Part shown: in pieces, positions 28,785 through 38,820 of the stretch
Layout of the letters: the number at the start of each line of letters is the position of its first letter
Numbering within the stretch: position 1 is the stretch's first letter
Assembly (NCBI GenBank): GCA_964275345.1
Contig: CAXYBK010000003.1
Location: forward strand, 569,636 to 633,635
DNA from: an uncultured SAR86 cluster bacterium
Lineage (GTDB): Bacteria; Pseudomonadota; Gammaproteobacteria; Magnimaribacterales; D2472
Direction: 5' to 3'
Length of the DNA: 64,000 bases
Notes under the pieces: model-generated
What the model was told of the DNA's origin: nothing
Databases searched by the model: none
What the model saw: only the letters and a program-made list of their open reading frames with translations
Translations under genes and position numbers: made by a program

Positions 28785-30267
28785 ATTAGAGAAAATATTA
28801 GGTGTAACTTTTCCAAAAAATACAGTTATTATCAATGCAACCAATTCAACAAAAAAAGTTATAAAGAATTCAATTTTTTTTGGTCTGCAAGGTACTAAAG
28901 TTCATGGTAGTAAATATATAGAAGAGGCCATGAGTCTTGGGGCCTCAATCTCTATTCATAATGATCCAGAGTATAAATCTAATAAAGATAATGTTTTTTA
29001 TATAAAAGATTTAGTAAAAAGAATAGATATGTTCACTAATAACGAATTTGAACAAAAAACTAGAATTTATTACTTCTTAGAGCATTTCTATGAAATGCAA
29101 AATACAAATAATCATAGTATTAGAGCTTTCACTGGAACAAATGGTAAAACTTCTTCAGCCTATTTATGTCATCAACTCTTATTAAGCAGAGGAATAGATT
29201 CCATTTATATTGGAACTATAGGTGTTCAGTTAAATAATAAAGAGATAAATAATTCAATTTTTAAAAAAACTACACCTGATATTTTTGAGTTTTTTGAAAT
29301 ATTAAATACGCTTAAAGTAAGAAATAATATAAATATATGTATTGAAATTTCATCTCATGCTCTTGATCAGGGAAGGCTAAATGATTTAAGTTTTCTTACC
29401 TCATGTGTATTAAATATAGGCAAGGATCATTTGGATTATCATAAAAATATTGAAGATTATACGAAAACTAAATTATCTATTTTTAATTCAATTTCTCTTC
29501 TAAAACTTATTAATGCAGATTTAAACCCAATAGTTATGCATAAAGAAAAAGACTTAACATCGATAAGTAATTCAAATGAATTAGCGAATGTATATTATAA
29601 AATAATTGAATCTGGGGTTGATGGAACTTTATTCGAAGTTAAAACAAGTTCTGAAATATCCTCATCACATGATTCTGTTAGAAGAACGTATAGGTTTTGT
29701 TGCAAATTATTTTTGGATTTTAATATCAATAATCTTATTTTTGCTATTGAATCTGCTGGATATGAAACATTTTCAGAAGAGAATATTAATAATTTAAATT
29801 TTTTAACTCTTCCAAAAGGTAGAACAGAACTTATACCTAACATATCTGCAAATGTAATTATTGATTATGCGCATAATGTAGAGGGTTTTAAGTTTTTTTT
29901 AACATCTATAAAAAATTACTTTACAAGTATAGTAATAGTCTTTGGTTGCGGAGGAGATAGGGATAAACAGAAGAGACCAGAGATGCTTAATATTGCTATC
30001 AAAAATGCTAGAGAAGTGATATTTACATCAGATAATTCAAGAAGTGAAGATTTTAAAGCAATTTCTGCAGATTCATTAAAAGGAAATGACGAAAAAAAAG
30101 TTAAAGTTATAGAAGATAGAAAAGAAGCAATAATACATGGGAGTAGTTTAATCCGTGATGATGATTGTTTGGTTATCCTTGGAAAAGGCCATGAGCAAAC
30201 GCAAGAAATTAACGGTAAAACATTTCATTTCAGTGATCACGAGGTAGTTAATGAAATTTATAAGTAA
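28771..30267 (+). CDS. murE: UDP-MurNAc-L-Ala-D-Glu:meso-DAP ligase MurE
   Basis: 498 aa. P-loop TGTNGKTS, ..DYAHN.., ..FGCGGDRD..KRP.. . TTG/GTG start overlaps the ftsI 3' end. Confidence 0.92.
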   Translation: MRVNELEKILGVTFPKNTVIINATNSTKKVIKNSIFFGLQGTKVHGSKYIEEAMSLGASISIHNDPEYKSNKDNVFYIKDLVKRIDMFTNNEFEQKTRIYYFLEHFYEMQNTNNHSIRAFTGTNGKTSSAYLCHQLLLSRGIDSIYIGTIGVQLNNKEINNSIFKKTTPDIFEFFEILNTLKVRNNINICIEISSHALDQGRLNDLSFLTSCVLNIGKDHLDYHKNIEDYTKTKLSIFNSISLLKLINADLNPIVMHKEKDLTSISNSNELANVYYKIIESGVDGTLFEVKTSSEISSSHDSVRRTYRFCCKLFLDFNINNLIFAIESAGYETFSEENINNLNFLTLPKGRTELIPNISANVIIDYAHNVEGFKFFLTSIKNYFTSIVIVFGCGGDRDKQKRPEMLNIAIKNAREVIFTSDNSRSEDFKAISADSLKGNDEKKVKVIEDRKEAIIHGSSLIRDDDCLVILGKGHEQTQEINGKTFHFSDHEVVNEIYK

Positions 30268-31609
30268 TTCTAATGACTTATCAAAATTTCTTGAAAAGTC
30301 TATAAAAAAGAATATAAAAATAAAATCAATTTCTACTGATACACGGACTTTAAAAAAAGATTCTTTATTTGTAGCTATAAGAGGCAACATCTTTGATGGA
30401 AATGACTATGTTGAAGACGCTCTTAAGAAAGGATCATGCCTTGTAATAACTGACAACAAAAAATTTAAAGACTCAAAGAATAAAAAAGTTATTTACGTAA
30501 ATAGTTCACTTCTAGCTTTAAAAAAAATAACAAAAAATATTATTAAGCACTATGAAGGTAATATTATTGGAATTACTGGAAGCAATGGAAAGACGACTAC
30601 TACAAAAATAATTGCTAACTCACTAAAGAGCTGTTCAAGCACTCTAAAGAATTTTAATAATGAGATTGGAATGCCATTAAGCATATTAAATGCTAATCCT
30701 AAATCAAAAAATCTTGTTATTGAAATGGGCGCAGCAAAGCCAAAAGACATTCATTATTTAAGCTCAATTCTAAACCCTAATGTTGGACTTATTACTAATA
30801 TTGGTAACTCCCATTTAGAAAATTTAATAAATACTCAAGGAGTGTTAAATGTTAAATCAGAATTAGTACCAAATATTAAACATAACGGTTTTCTAGTAGT
30901 GCCAAACGAGAATCTTAAACATTTAAAATTTTGGCGTAACATAAGAAGTGACATTCATATTAGAACATTTGGACTTAAATCAAATGCAGATTTTTACCCA
31001 AGAAATATTGTCATGGATTCAAATAAAACAGAATTTAAAATTTGTTCTAAAAAATACAATTTAACAATTCCAATTTCAACAACTTTACTAGGTGATCATA
31101 ATATAAAAAATATTTTAGCTGCCTTTGCTGTTAGCTATTGTATTAATAATACTGAAGAAGCTTTTCTCAATGGAATTAAGAAATTATTAGTTAACGACAT
31201 GAGACAAAAAAAATCTAAATGGATAAGAGGTTCTCTCCTAATTGATGATACTTATAATGCAAATCCTGAATCTGTTAAAAAATCTATAGATCTAACTAAA
31301 AACTTCAACAGTCAAAGAACTGTTTTTATCTTAGGTGATATGAAAGAACTTGGCAGATATAGAAAGAAGCTTCATAAGGAAGTTGGTGCTTATGCAAAGA
31401 AACAAAAAGTAGATTTATTTATAGGTTTTGGTGATTTAACGCGCTTTTCTGTAGATGCTTTTGGTAAAAATGGCTTTTTCTTTAGTGATAAAGAACAAAT
31501 GCACGAATTTTTAGTTAATAATATTGAAAGAAAAGATTTAGTAATTTTAAAAGGCTCAAGGGGAATGCAAATGGAACAATTCATTAATACTCAAAGAGGA
31601 GATTCCTAG
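30251..31609 (+). CDS. murF: UDP-MurNAc-tripeptide:D-Ala-D-Ala ligase MurF
   Basis: 452 aa. ..ISTDTRTLKKDSLFVAIRG..FDGNDY.., P-loop TGSNGKTTT, ..DDTYNANPES... Confidence 0.93.
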   Translation: MKFISNSNDLSKFLEKSIKKNIKIKSISTDTRTLKKDSLFVAIRGNIFDGNDYVEDALKKGSCLVITDNKKFKDSKNKKVIYVNSSLLALKKITKNIIKHYEGNIIGITGSNGKTTTTKIIANSLKSCSSTLKNFNNEIGMPLSILNANPKSKNLVIEMGAAKPKDIHYLSSILNPNVGLITNIGNSHLENLINTQGVLNVKSELVPNIKHNGFLVVPNENLKHLKFWRNIRSDIHIRTFGLKSNADFYPRNIVMDSNKTEFKICSKKYNLTIPISTTLLGDHNIKNILAAFAVSYCINNTEEAFLNGIKKLLVNDMRQKKSKWIRGSLLIDDTYNANPESVKKSIDLTKNFNSQRTVFILGDMKELGRYRKKLHKEVGAYAKKQKVDLFIGFGDLTRFSVDAFGKNGFFFSDKEQMHEFLVNNIERKDLVILKGSRGMQMEQFINTQRGDS

Positions 31610-32695
31610 ATGTTTGAGTATTTAGGAACAGTTTTAGTAGATTTTGATCCAGGCTTTGATATTTTAAGATATCTTACTGTTAGAACAATTGGCGGCACCG
31701 TTACCGCACTTCTTATATCTATTTTATTGGGTCCTTTAGTTATAAATCTTTTAAAGAGATTTCAGTTTGAACAACATGTCAGAGTTGATGGACCTAAAAG
31801 TCACTATAAAAAAACTGGTACTCCCACCATGGGGGGATTGCTTATTCTAATGTCACTCGTAATATCAACATTACTTTGGGCTGATTTAAGTAATCGTTAC
31901 ATATGGGTAGTTCTTTTTGTGACTATCTCATTTGGTGTTGTTGGATTTTTAGATGACTTCATTAAAATTAAATCAAAGAGCTCTGATGGATTATCAAGTA
32001 AACAAAAAATCATCCTTCAAAGTTTATTTGCATTTATTGCAACTACGTTTCTGTATTTCTCTGCTGAGACGTCACCTGAAACTGCTTTTATTGTTCCTTT
32101 TTATAAAGATCTCTTGATAAGCATGAGTCCATTTTTATTTATATTTTTAGGTTCTTTTGTTGTTGTTGGATCATCCAACGCAGTTAATCTAACAGATGGC
32201 TTAGATGGGTTGGCAATATTACCGACAATACTTATAGCAGGGGCTTTAGGGTTAATTGCTTATGGGATGGGAAATATCTTAATCGCAGATTATCTTTACT
32301 TGCCTCATTTAGAAATATCTGGGGAATTAGTTGTGTTCTGTGGTGCCTTGATAGGCTCTGGTATAGGATTTTTATGGTACAACACTTATCCAGCGCAGAT
32401 TTTTATGGGAGATGTAGGCTCGCTTACTTTAGGAGCCATTCTTGGAACAATTGCAGTAATATTAAGACATGAATTAGTCTTTGCAATAATGGCTGGAGTC
32501 TTTGTTATGGAAACCTTAAGTGTTGCCATTCAAGTTATATCTTTTAAATTAAGAGGAAAAAGAGTTTTTTTAATGGCGCCAATTCACCACCACTTTGAAT
32601 TGAAAGGCTGGGAAGAGCCTAAAATAATTGTTAGGTTCTGGATCATAACTATTATTTTAATTTTAGTTGCTTTAGCAACATTAAAAATTAGGTAA
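31610..32695 (+). CDS. mraY: Phospho-N-acetylmuramoyl-pentapeptide transferase MraY
   Basis: 361 aa polytopic protein. ..[10 protein letters not shown].., ..[13 protein letters not shown].., ..MGDVGSL.., ..[12 protein letters not shown]... Confidence 0.96.
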   Translation: MFEYLGTVLVDFDPGFDILRYLTVRTIGGTVTALLISILLGPLVINLLKRFQFEQHVRVDGPKSHYKKTGTPTMGGLLILMSLVISTLLWADLSNRYIWVVLFVTISFGVVGFLDDFIKIKSKSSDGLSSKQKIILQSLFAFIATTFLYFSAETSPETAFIVPFYKDLLISMSPFLFIFLGSFVVVGSSNAVNLTDGLDGLAILPTILIAGALGLIAYGMGNILIADYLYLPHLEISGELVVFCGALIGSGIGFLWYNTYPAQIFMGDVGSLTLGAILGTIAVILRHELVFAIMAGVFVMETLSVAIQVISFKLRGKRVFLMAPIHHHFELKGWEEPKIIVRFWIITIILILVALATLKIR

Positions 32696-32707
32696 ATACC
32701 AAGCTTT

Positions 32708-33757
32708 GTGAAGTCTTTAATATATGGCTACGGGATTACTGGAAAATCAATAGAAAGATATCTCATAAAAAATAATATTGATTATAAAATATATGATGAT
32801 AATAAGGATCTTTATACATCAGATCAATTTACCAATAATCTCAAAGACAATTGGGATGTCATATACTGCAGCCCTGGTATTAATAAAGCAGATTTTACAA
32901 AACTAAAATTCATTGCTAAAGAAGATGTTTTAACCGATTTAGATGTATTTATGGCGGAAGATACTTCTATAAAAATTGGCATAACTGGCACTAATAGAAA
33001 AAGTACAACTTGTTTTCATCTTCATCAACTTTTAAGTAAAGATTATGCTGTAAATTTAATAGGTAATATTGGAGAGCCTGTTCTAGATTACTTAAACTCA
33101 GGGGCCGAGTTTTCAATAATTGAATTTTCAAGTCAGCAGTTAGATAAATTAAAAGAAAACAAACTAGATTATGGCGTCTTATTAAATATCGCTCCAGATC
33201 ATATTGACTACCACGGAAGCTTTGAAGAATATAAATCTTCTAAGAATCGCATCCTTGAAGCCAAAGAAAAATCTTACGAAAATAATCCATATAAGTTATT
33301 TCATTGGATTACAGGAAAGAAAGCAGAAGCAATTAATTTCAATAATCTACCTTTTAGATTTGAAATCATTACAAAATCAATTATTAATGATTCCAAATCA
33401 ACTAATATGCATTCATTAGATTACGCTATTAAACATGCAAATCAGCATTTTAATGATGATAAATACGATCTAATTATTTGTGGAAATCCAGCAAAAGAAG
33501 GCTTCAGAACGTTTAATCCTAAAGGTCCAGAGCATACTCTTATCTTTGGATTACACGCCAATGAAATCAACAAATGTATTAATCATCCAGAAAAAAAACT
33601 CTATAAAAATTTATCTGATGTCTTAATTGAAATCTCAAATAATAAAAATCAGAATATTTTATTTTCACCTGGTTATCCAAGTGGAGATGATTTTAAAAAT
33701 TTTGAAGAAAGAGGAGAGTATTTTAATAAATTGGTTCATGAAATTTTACTTAAATGA
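32708..33757 (+). CDS. murD: UDP-MurNAc-L-Ala:D-Glu ligase MurD (unusually short)
   Basis: 349 aa, GTG start. GYGITGKS, P-loop ITGTNRKSTT, NIAPDHIDYH, INDSKSTN, LFSPGYPSGDDFKNFEERG. Correct slot between mraY and ftsW. Confidence 0.85.
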   Translation: MKSLIYGYGITGKSIERYLIKNNIDYKIYDDNKDLYTSDQFTNNLKDNWDVIYCSPGINKADFTKLKFIAKEDVLTDLDVFMAEDTSIKIGITGTNRKSTTCFHLHQLLSKDYAVNLIGNIGEPVLDYLNSGAEFSIIEFSSQQLDKLKENKLDYGVLLNIAPDHIDYHGSFEEYKSSKNRILEAKEKSYENNPYKLFHWITGKKAEAINFNNLPFRFEIITKSIINDSKSTNMHSLDYAIKHANQHFNDDKYDLIICGNPAKEGFRTFNPKGPEHTLIFGLHANEINKCINHPEKKLYKNLSDVLIEISNNKNQNILFSPGYPSGDDFKNFEERGEYFNKLVHEILLK

Positions 33758-34854
33758 TTTATAGAAATAATATTTTCCTTTCAGTTTCTTTTATTGGATT
33801 AATTAGTCTTGGGCTAGTAATGGTCACCTCTTCAAGTATTTATATTGCAGATAATTTAACTGGAAACCCTTTCCATTTTGCAACCAGACAAGCTTTTTTC
33901 ATTGGAGTTGGTATTTTAGTATTTACTATTTTTATATCTATACCATCTTCATTTTTAGAAAAAATAGATTGGCTTTTTTTACTCATTAGCATTGTCCTAC
34001 TTATTGCTCTGTTTGTTCCTGGAATTGGAACTGAGGTTAATGGAAGTATTAGATGGATTAGACTTGGCCCTATTAATGTTCAGCCTGGTGAAGTTTGTAA
34101 ATTTAGTATGATTTTATATACCTCTGGATATTGTGTTAGAAGAATGGGTGAGATAAGTACTCTTAGAGGTTTTCTTAAACCTTTATTGTTGCTAGGATTA
34201 GTCTCTTTTCTAATATTATCTCAACCAGATCTTGGAACTACAGCAATAATATGTGCAGTAGTAGTAGCTATTTTATTCTTTGCTGGAATATCTTTTTTTC
34301 AATTTGTATTGCTTCTTCTTTTAATGGGAACTTTAGGATTTATTGCAATCTATTTCACACCATTTAGATTAACGAGAGTTATGTCATTTATGGATCCATT
34401 TTTAGTACAACAAGGTGCAGGATGGCAACTAAGCAATTCATTAATTGGAATAGGTCAGGCAAATTGGATAGGATTAGGGCTTGGTAATAGTTTTCAAAAA
34501 AACCTATTTCTTCCAGAAGCACATACAGATTTTATTTTTGCTATTCTTGTTGAGGAGCTAGGAATATTTGGAGTTATTTTTTTAATTTCACTTTACTCAT
34601 TTATGATTTTTGCAATTTTTTCAATAGCTATGGAGTCTTTAGCACTAAAGAGGTTTTTTCAGGGTTTTGTTTCTTTTGGCATTGGTTTTTTAATATCAAT
34701 ACAAGCGCTTTTTAATTTAGCAGTTAATATAGGCCTTCTTCCTACAAAAGGTTTAACATTACCCTTTATAAGCTATGGGGGAACTAGCATCATAATAATG
34801 ATGGCTTTTATTGGTATAGTTTTAAGAATCAATAATGAAAATAGATTTTATTAA
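33754..34854 (+). CDS. ftsW: Peptidoglycan glycosyltransferase / lipid II flippase-family protein FtsW (SEDS)
   Basis: 366 aa, about 10 TM segments. SEDS blocks ..RWIRLGPINVQPGEVCKF.., ..QPDLGT.., ..LPEAHTDFIFA.., ..GLTLPFISYGGTS... Confidence 0.93.
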   Translation: MIYRNNIFLSVSFIGLISLGLVMVTSSSIYIADNLTGNPFHFATRQAFFIGVGILVFTIFISIPSSFLEKIDWLFLLISIVLLIALFVPGIGTEVNGSIRWIRLGPINVQPGEVCKFSMILYTSGYCVRRMGEISTLRGFLKPLLLLGLVSFLILSQPDLGTTAIICAVVVAILFFAGISFFQFVLLLLLMGTLGFIAIYFTPFRLTRVMSFMDPFLVQQGAGWQLSNSLIGIGQANWIGLGLGNSFQKNLFLPEAHTDFIFAILVEELGIFGVIFLISLYSFMIFAIFSIAMESLALKRFFQGFVSFGIGFLISIQALFNLAVNIGLLPTKGLTLPFISYGGTSIIIMMAFIGIVLRINNENRFY

Positions 34855-34857
34855 TAT

Positions 34858-35905
34858 ATGAATATTTTAATTGCCGCAGCAAAGACAGGCGGGCATATAT
34901 ATCCAGCAGTATCTGTTGGAAGTGAATTCATTCACAACAATCATAATGTAATCTTTTTAGGGTCAAATAATACTTTAGAAAAAAATGCCCTTAAAAACCA
35001 ACCTGATATTCAATATGAATCAATTCCAATGAAAGGCTTTAGAGGTAATGGATTGGTAAGCAAGTTATTAGTTTTATTCAACCTACCTCTAAATATTTAT
35101 AGCTTAATAAAGCTAATCAAAAAAAATAATGTAGATATTGTGATTGTTTTTGGTGGATTTATTACAATTCCAGCATCTTTTGCTGCATTAATTCTTAGAA
35201 AACCAATATACGTCCATGAGCAAAATACAATTTTAGGTTCAGCTAATAAAATATCCTCATTTTTTTCAAAGAAAAACTTTCTTGGCATGCCTCTTCATAA
35301 TAATAATCTTAAAAAATCAGAGATTGTTGGTAATCCAATTCGAAACTCATTTATACCTTTAATGCAAAAAACATATGATGAAAATGTTCATATATATATA
35401 ACTGGGGGGAGTCAGGGAGCAAAATATCTAAACGATAATCTTCCTGAAATATTAAAAGATATTAAGCACCCTGTATTCATTAAACATCAATGCGGTTCAG
35501 GAAAAAAAGAAGAAGTAGTTAAGTTATATGAGGGTTTTGAGAATGTTGAAGTAGAAGAGTTTTTTGATAACCCTAATTTATTAATTGATTGGTCTGATTT
35601 TGTAATATCTAGATCAGGTGCATTAAGCTTGTCAGAAACAATGTCAATGAATAAAGGGTCACTTATGATACCTCTTGCCCAACGCCATAGATAATCATCA
35701 GTTTTTCAATGCAAAATATATCGAAGAAAAAGGAATGGGAATAATTCATGAACAAAAAAATGGTATTGAGAATTTAAAGGCAGTAATTAATCTTATCTTG
35801 AATGAAAAAAAATATTTAGTTTGGCAAAAAATAAATTTTGAAATTAATCACACTGATGCAGCAAAAAATATTGTTTCATCAATCCTAAATCAGAGTACTG
35901 AATGA
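34858..35905 (+). pseudogene. murG: murG (lipid II-forming GlcNAc transferase), interrupted by a 1-nt frameshift as assembled
   Basis: Two abutting ORFs, 34858..35694 (278 aa; AAKTGGHIYPA.., ..ITGGSQGA..) and 35675..35905 (76 aa; PNAIDNHQFFNAKYIEEKG..). Together they make one normal MurG. The frame switches within ATACCTCTTGCCCAAC (about 35668..35683). Confidence 0.85.
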
Positions 35906-37293
35906 ATCCCTTAAAAAAAATTAAACATATTCACTTTGTCGGTATTGGTGGAGCAGGAATGATTGGCATAGCATATTTACTTTTAAGAAAAGGCTACAAA
36001 GTTAGCGGATCAGATATAAATAAATCAAAATCTTTAAGTAATTTAAAGAAAATAGGAGCAAAGGTTTTTTATACGCATAATGAAGGAAATGTTGGCAAAG
36101 CAGACTTGCTGGTAATGTCTTCAGCAATAAAACCCTCTAATCCAGAATATAGAATTGCAAAAAGAAAAGGTATTACAATTATTCCAAGAGCGCAGATGTT
36201 AGGAAGTTTAATGCGAGGCTATGAAAGTATAGCTGTTGCTGGAAGTCATGGTAAGACAACTACAACGAGCATGATTGCAAATATATTTAGTGAAGCTCTT
36301 TTGAGCCCAACATATATCGTGGGTGGAAAAGTTTTAGGTATTGGAAAAAATTCAGAACTTGGAAGCGGCAATCATCTAATTGCTGAGGCTGATGAGAGCG
36401 ATGGCTCTTTTCTTCACTTACAACCTGATGTTGGAGTTTTTACAAATATTGATAATGATCACTTAAGTTATTATGACAATGATATAGAGAAATTATTAAA
36501 TTCATTTCAAATGTTTGCAGAAAATATACCTTTTTATGGCGCACTTATAATTAATAATGATGATAAAAATGTAAGAGAAGTAGCAAAAAATATTTCAAGA
36601 AGACAAATCTCTTTTGGATTTTCTACAAAAAGTGATTATCAAATTACCAATGCCATTTACAAGAATAATTATCAAAGTTTTAGTCTAGTAAATAATGTTC
36701 TGCAAAAGAAATATTTATTTAGTTTACCAATGCCTGGAAGACATAACTTATACAATGCTGCGGCTGCCATAGCTGCAAGTCTTGAAGAGGGCATACCAAT
36801 AAAATCAATTCAAAAAGGGCTTAAGAACTTTCAAGGTGTTTCAAGAAGATTTGAAAAGCATGAATTAATAATAAAGAAAAAAAATCTAATCCTAATAGAT
36901 GATTACGGACATCATCCTGAAGAAATAAGATCAACAATTAATGCAATCCATCAAGCATTTCCTAAGAAAAAGATTTGTATGATTTTCCAACCCCACAGAT
37001 ACACTAGAACAGCTCAACTTTATGATGATTTCAAGGATGTTTTATCTATGCCAGATTCACTTTTATTATTTGATATTTATCCGGCTAGCGAAGCTCCTAT
37101 AAAAGGCATCTCTTCAAAAAAGCTTTTAGAAAGCATAAAGCAAGATGGCAAGCTTAATGCGAAACTCACGTCTAATAAATCCATACTAGATGACATTAAA
37201 AATTCATACATGGACTTTGATATTTTAGTAACGCAAGGGGCAGGAAGTATTTCATCAGTCTGCGAAGCTATAAAAAAGAAATGGCAGAAATAA
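35902..37293 (+). CDS. murC: UDP-N-acetylmuramate:L-alanine ligase MurC
   Basis: 463 aa. HFVGIGGAGM, P-loop AGSHGKTTTT, ..DDYGHHPEE.., ..FQPHRYTRT... Confidence 0.95.
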   Translation: MNPLKKIKHIHFVGIGGAGMIGIAYLLLRKGYKVSGSDINKSKSLSNLKKIGAKVFYTHNEGNVGKADLLVMSSAIKPSNPEYRIAKRKGITIIPRAQMLGSLMRGYESIAVAGSHGKTTTTSMIANIFSEALLSPTYIVGGKVLGIGKNSELGSGNHLIAEADESDGSFLHLQPDVGVFTNIDNDHLSYYDNDIEKLLNSFQMFAENIPFYGALIINNDDKNVREVAKNISRRQISFGFSTKSDYQITNAIYKNNYQSFSLVNNVLQKKYLFSLPMPGRHNLYNAAAAIAASLEEGIPIKSIQKGLKNFQGVSRRFEKHELIIKKKNLILIDDYGHHPEEIRSTINAIHQAFPKKKICMIFQPHRYTRTAQLYDDFKDVLSMPDSLLLFDIYPASEAPIKGISSKKLLESIKQDGKLNAKLTSNKSILDDIKNSYMDFDILVTQGAGSISSVCEAIKKKWQK

Positions 37294-38207
37294 AAAATAT
37301 TATAGTGCTCTATGGTGGCGCATCCTCTGAGCGAGATATTTCCCTTGAAAGTGGAAAAGGTATTTATGAAGCCTTAGAACAGCTTGGATATCTCGTAACA
37401 CTAAAGGATTATAATGATTTAGGAGAATTAGAAAACTTAAAAGAATATGACCTAGTTTTTATAGCCTTACATGGATTTGAAGGAGAATCAGGTATCTTAC
37501 AAAAAAATTTAGATAACCTCGGTATTCTTTATACGGGTTCAAAATATCTATCCTGTAAAAATACATGGAATAAAACTAGATTTAAAGATATTTTAGAATC
37601 TGCACTTATACCGACACCAAGAGGTTTTTCAGTAGAGAGAATTCATTCAGACATGCAATCCCCATTCAATAACTTTCATAAAAAATATAGTGAAGATATT
37701 CAAAATTTATTTCTAAAACCTGAAGAGGATGGTTCTAGTGTAGATATTTTTGAGGTCAATTGTGAAGGCGACCTTGAGCATGCAATAAGAGATGCACAAA
37801 ATCCAAATAGAGCATTTATATTTGAAGAATCAATTAAATTTAAAGAATTTACAGTTTCTATTCTTGATAACAAATGCTTGCCAGTAATTGAAATCAAGAC
37901 CACTAATAGTTTTTATGACTATGATGCAAAATATATTTCAGAGACTACTCAATTAATAGAGGCTGATCTAGATGAAAAAAATAAAAATAAGATTCATGAT
38001 ATGGCTTTAAAAGCCTTTAAAGAACTAGGTTGCTTAAAATGGGGAAGAGTGGATATCCTTCAAGATAAGAATGAACAATTCTATATCTTAGAAATTAATA
38101 CAGTGCCTGGAATGACTTCACATAGTTGCCTTCCAAAGGCAGCGGAGATATTAGGGGTTTCATATAAAGAGCTTGTTCAAAGAATCATTCAAGATGCTCA
38201 CTTATAA
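37281..38207 (+). CDS. ddl: D-alanine:D-alanine ligase
   Basis: 308 aa. ..VLYGGASSERDISL.SG.., ..ALHG..GE.G.LQ.., ATP-grasp C-terminus ..EINTVPGMTSHS..P. Confidence 0.93.
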   Translation: MAEIKNIIVLYGGASSERDISLESGKGIYEALEQLGYLVTLKDYNDLGELENLKEYDLVFIALHGFEGESGILQKNLDNLGILYTGSKYLSCKNTWNKTRFKDILESALIPTPRGFSVERIHSDMQSPFNNFHKKYSEDIQNLFLKPEEDGSSVDIFEVNCEGDLEHAIRDAQNPNRAFIFEESIKFKEFTVSILDNKCLPVIEIKTTNSFYDYDAKYISETTQLIEADLDEKNKNKIHDMALKAFKELGCLKWGRVDILQDKNEQFYILEINTVPGMTSHSCLPKAAEILGVSYKELVQRIIQDAHL

Positions 38208-38820
38208 ATACTTTTTCCCAGTTGTTTTATTAATAATATTATCTTCATGCAGTAACTTTAAGAACATTGAAGTATTTTTTGAAGATGGTTTTTTGTATGC
38301 AGCTCAAAAGGATTTGATATCTGAATTAAAACTTGTCACAACTAGAAAAGAAATAAAAACAACGTTATCAAAGCAAGAATGGATTGAGGACTTTAAGATA
38401 AAATTTAGGATTAATGGCAATATAAAAGTAATTATTAAAACCAAGATTCCTATTTTTATTTGGAATGAGAAATATTATGTTGATACTAATATGAAAACAT
38501 TTGGTTTTGATAAATCTAACCATCGTTTAATCAATGTATTTTGTCCTAGCAATCAGCTAAATCAAGCAAGAGATTTGATAGATTTTATAAATACCTCATT
38601 AATATCAGATCAAATTAGCTTTAAGAAACTTGATTTTAAATATTCCTCAGGATGGATATTACTTTCTAATACTACTGAGATAAAGTTTGGAAAAAATATC
38701 ACAACAGCTAGATTAAATTCTTTTAGACAAAGCTTGAATTATGTATACGAAAGTAAGTCTATACCTAGTATGATAGATTTAAGATATAAAGATGGAGTAG
38801 CATTCGATTATGGCAAGTAA
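38194..38820 (+). CDS. ftsQ: Cell division protein FtsQ (short; no cytoplasmic tail)
   Basis: ORF 38173..38820. ATG at 38194 gives MLTYKYFFPVVLLIILSSCSNF.. followed by POTRA/FtsQ-like beta-rich domains. Conserved slot between ddl and ftsA. Start is TTG 38173 or ATG 38194. Confidence 0.75.
   Translation: MLTYKYFFPVVLLIILSSCSNFKNIEVFFEDGFLYAAQKDLISELKLVTTRKEIKTTLSKQEWIEDFKIKFRINGNIKVIIKTKIPIFIWNEKYYVDTNMKTFGFDKSNHRLINVFCPSNQLNQARDLIDFINTSLISDQISFKKLDFKYSSGWILLSNTTEIKFGKNITTARLNSFRQSLNYVYESKSIPSMIDLRYKDGVAFDYGK

Noticed and set aside
35675-35905. 76-aa ORF as an independent small gene between murG and murC
   Set aside because: Its sequence (PNAIDNHQFFNAKY..) is the conserved C-terminal part of MurG. 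It is explained by the 1-nt frameshift, not by a separate gene.
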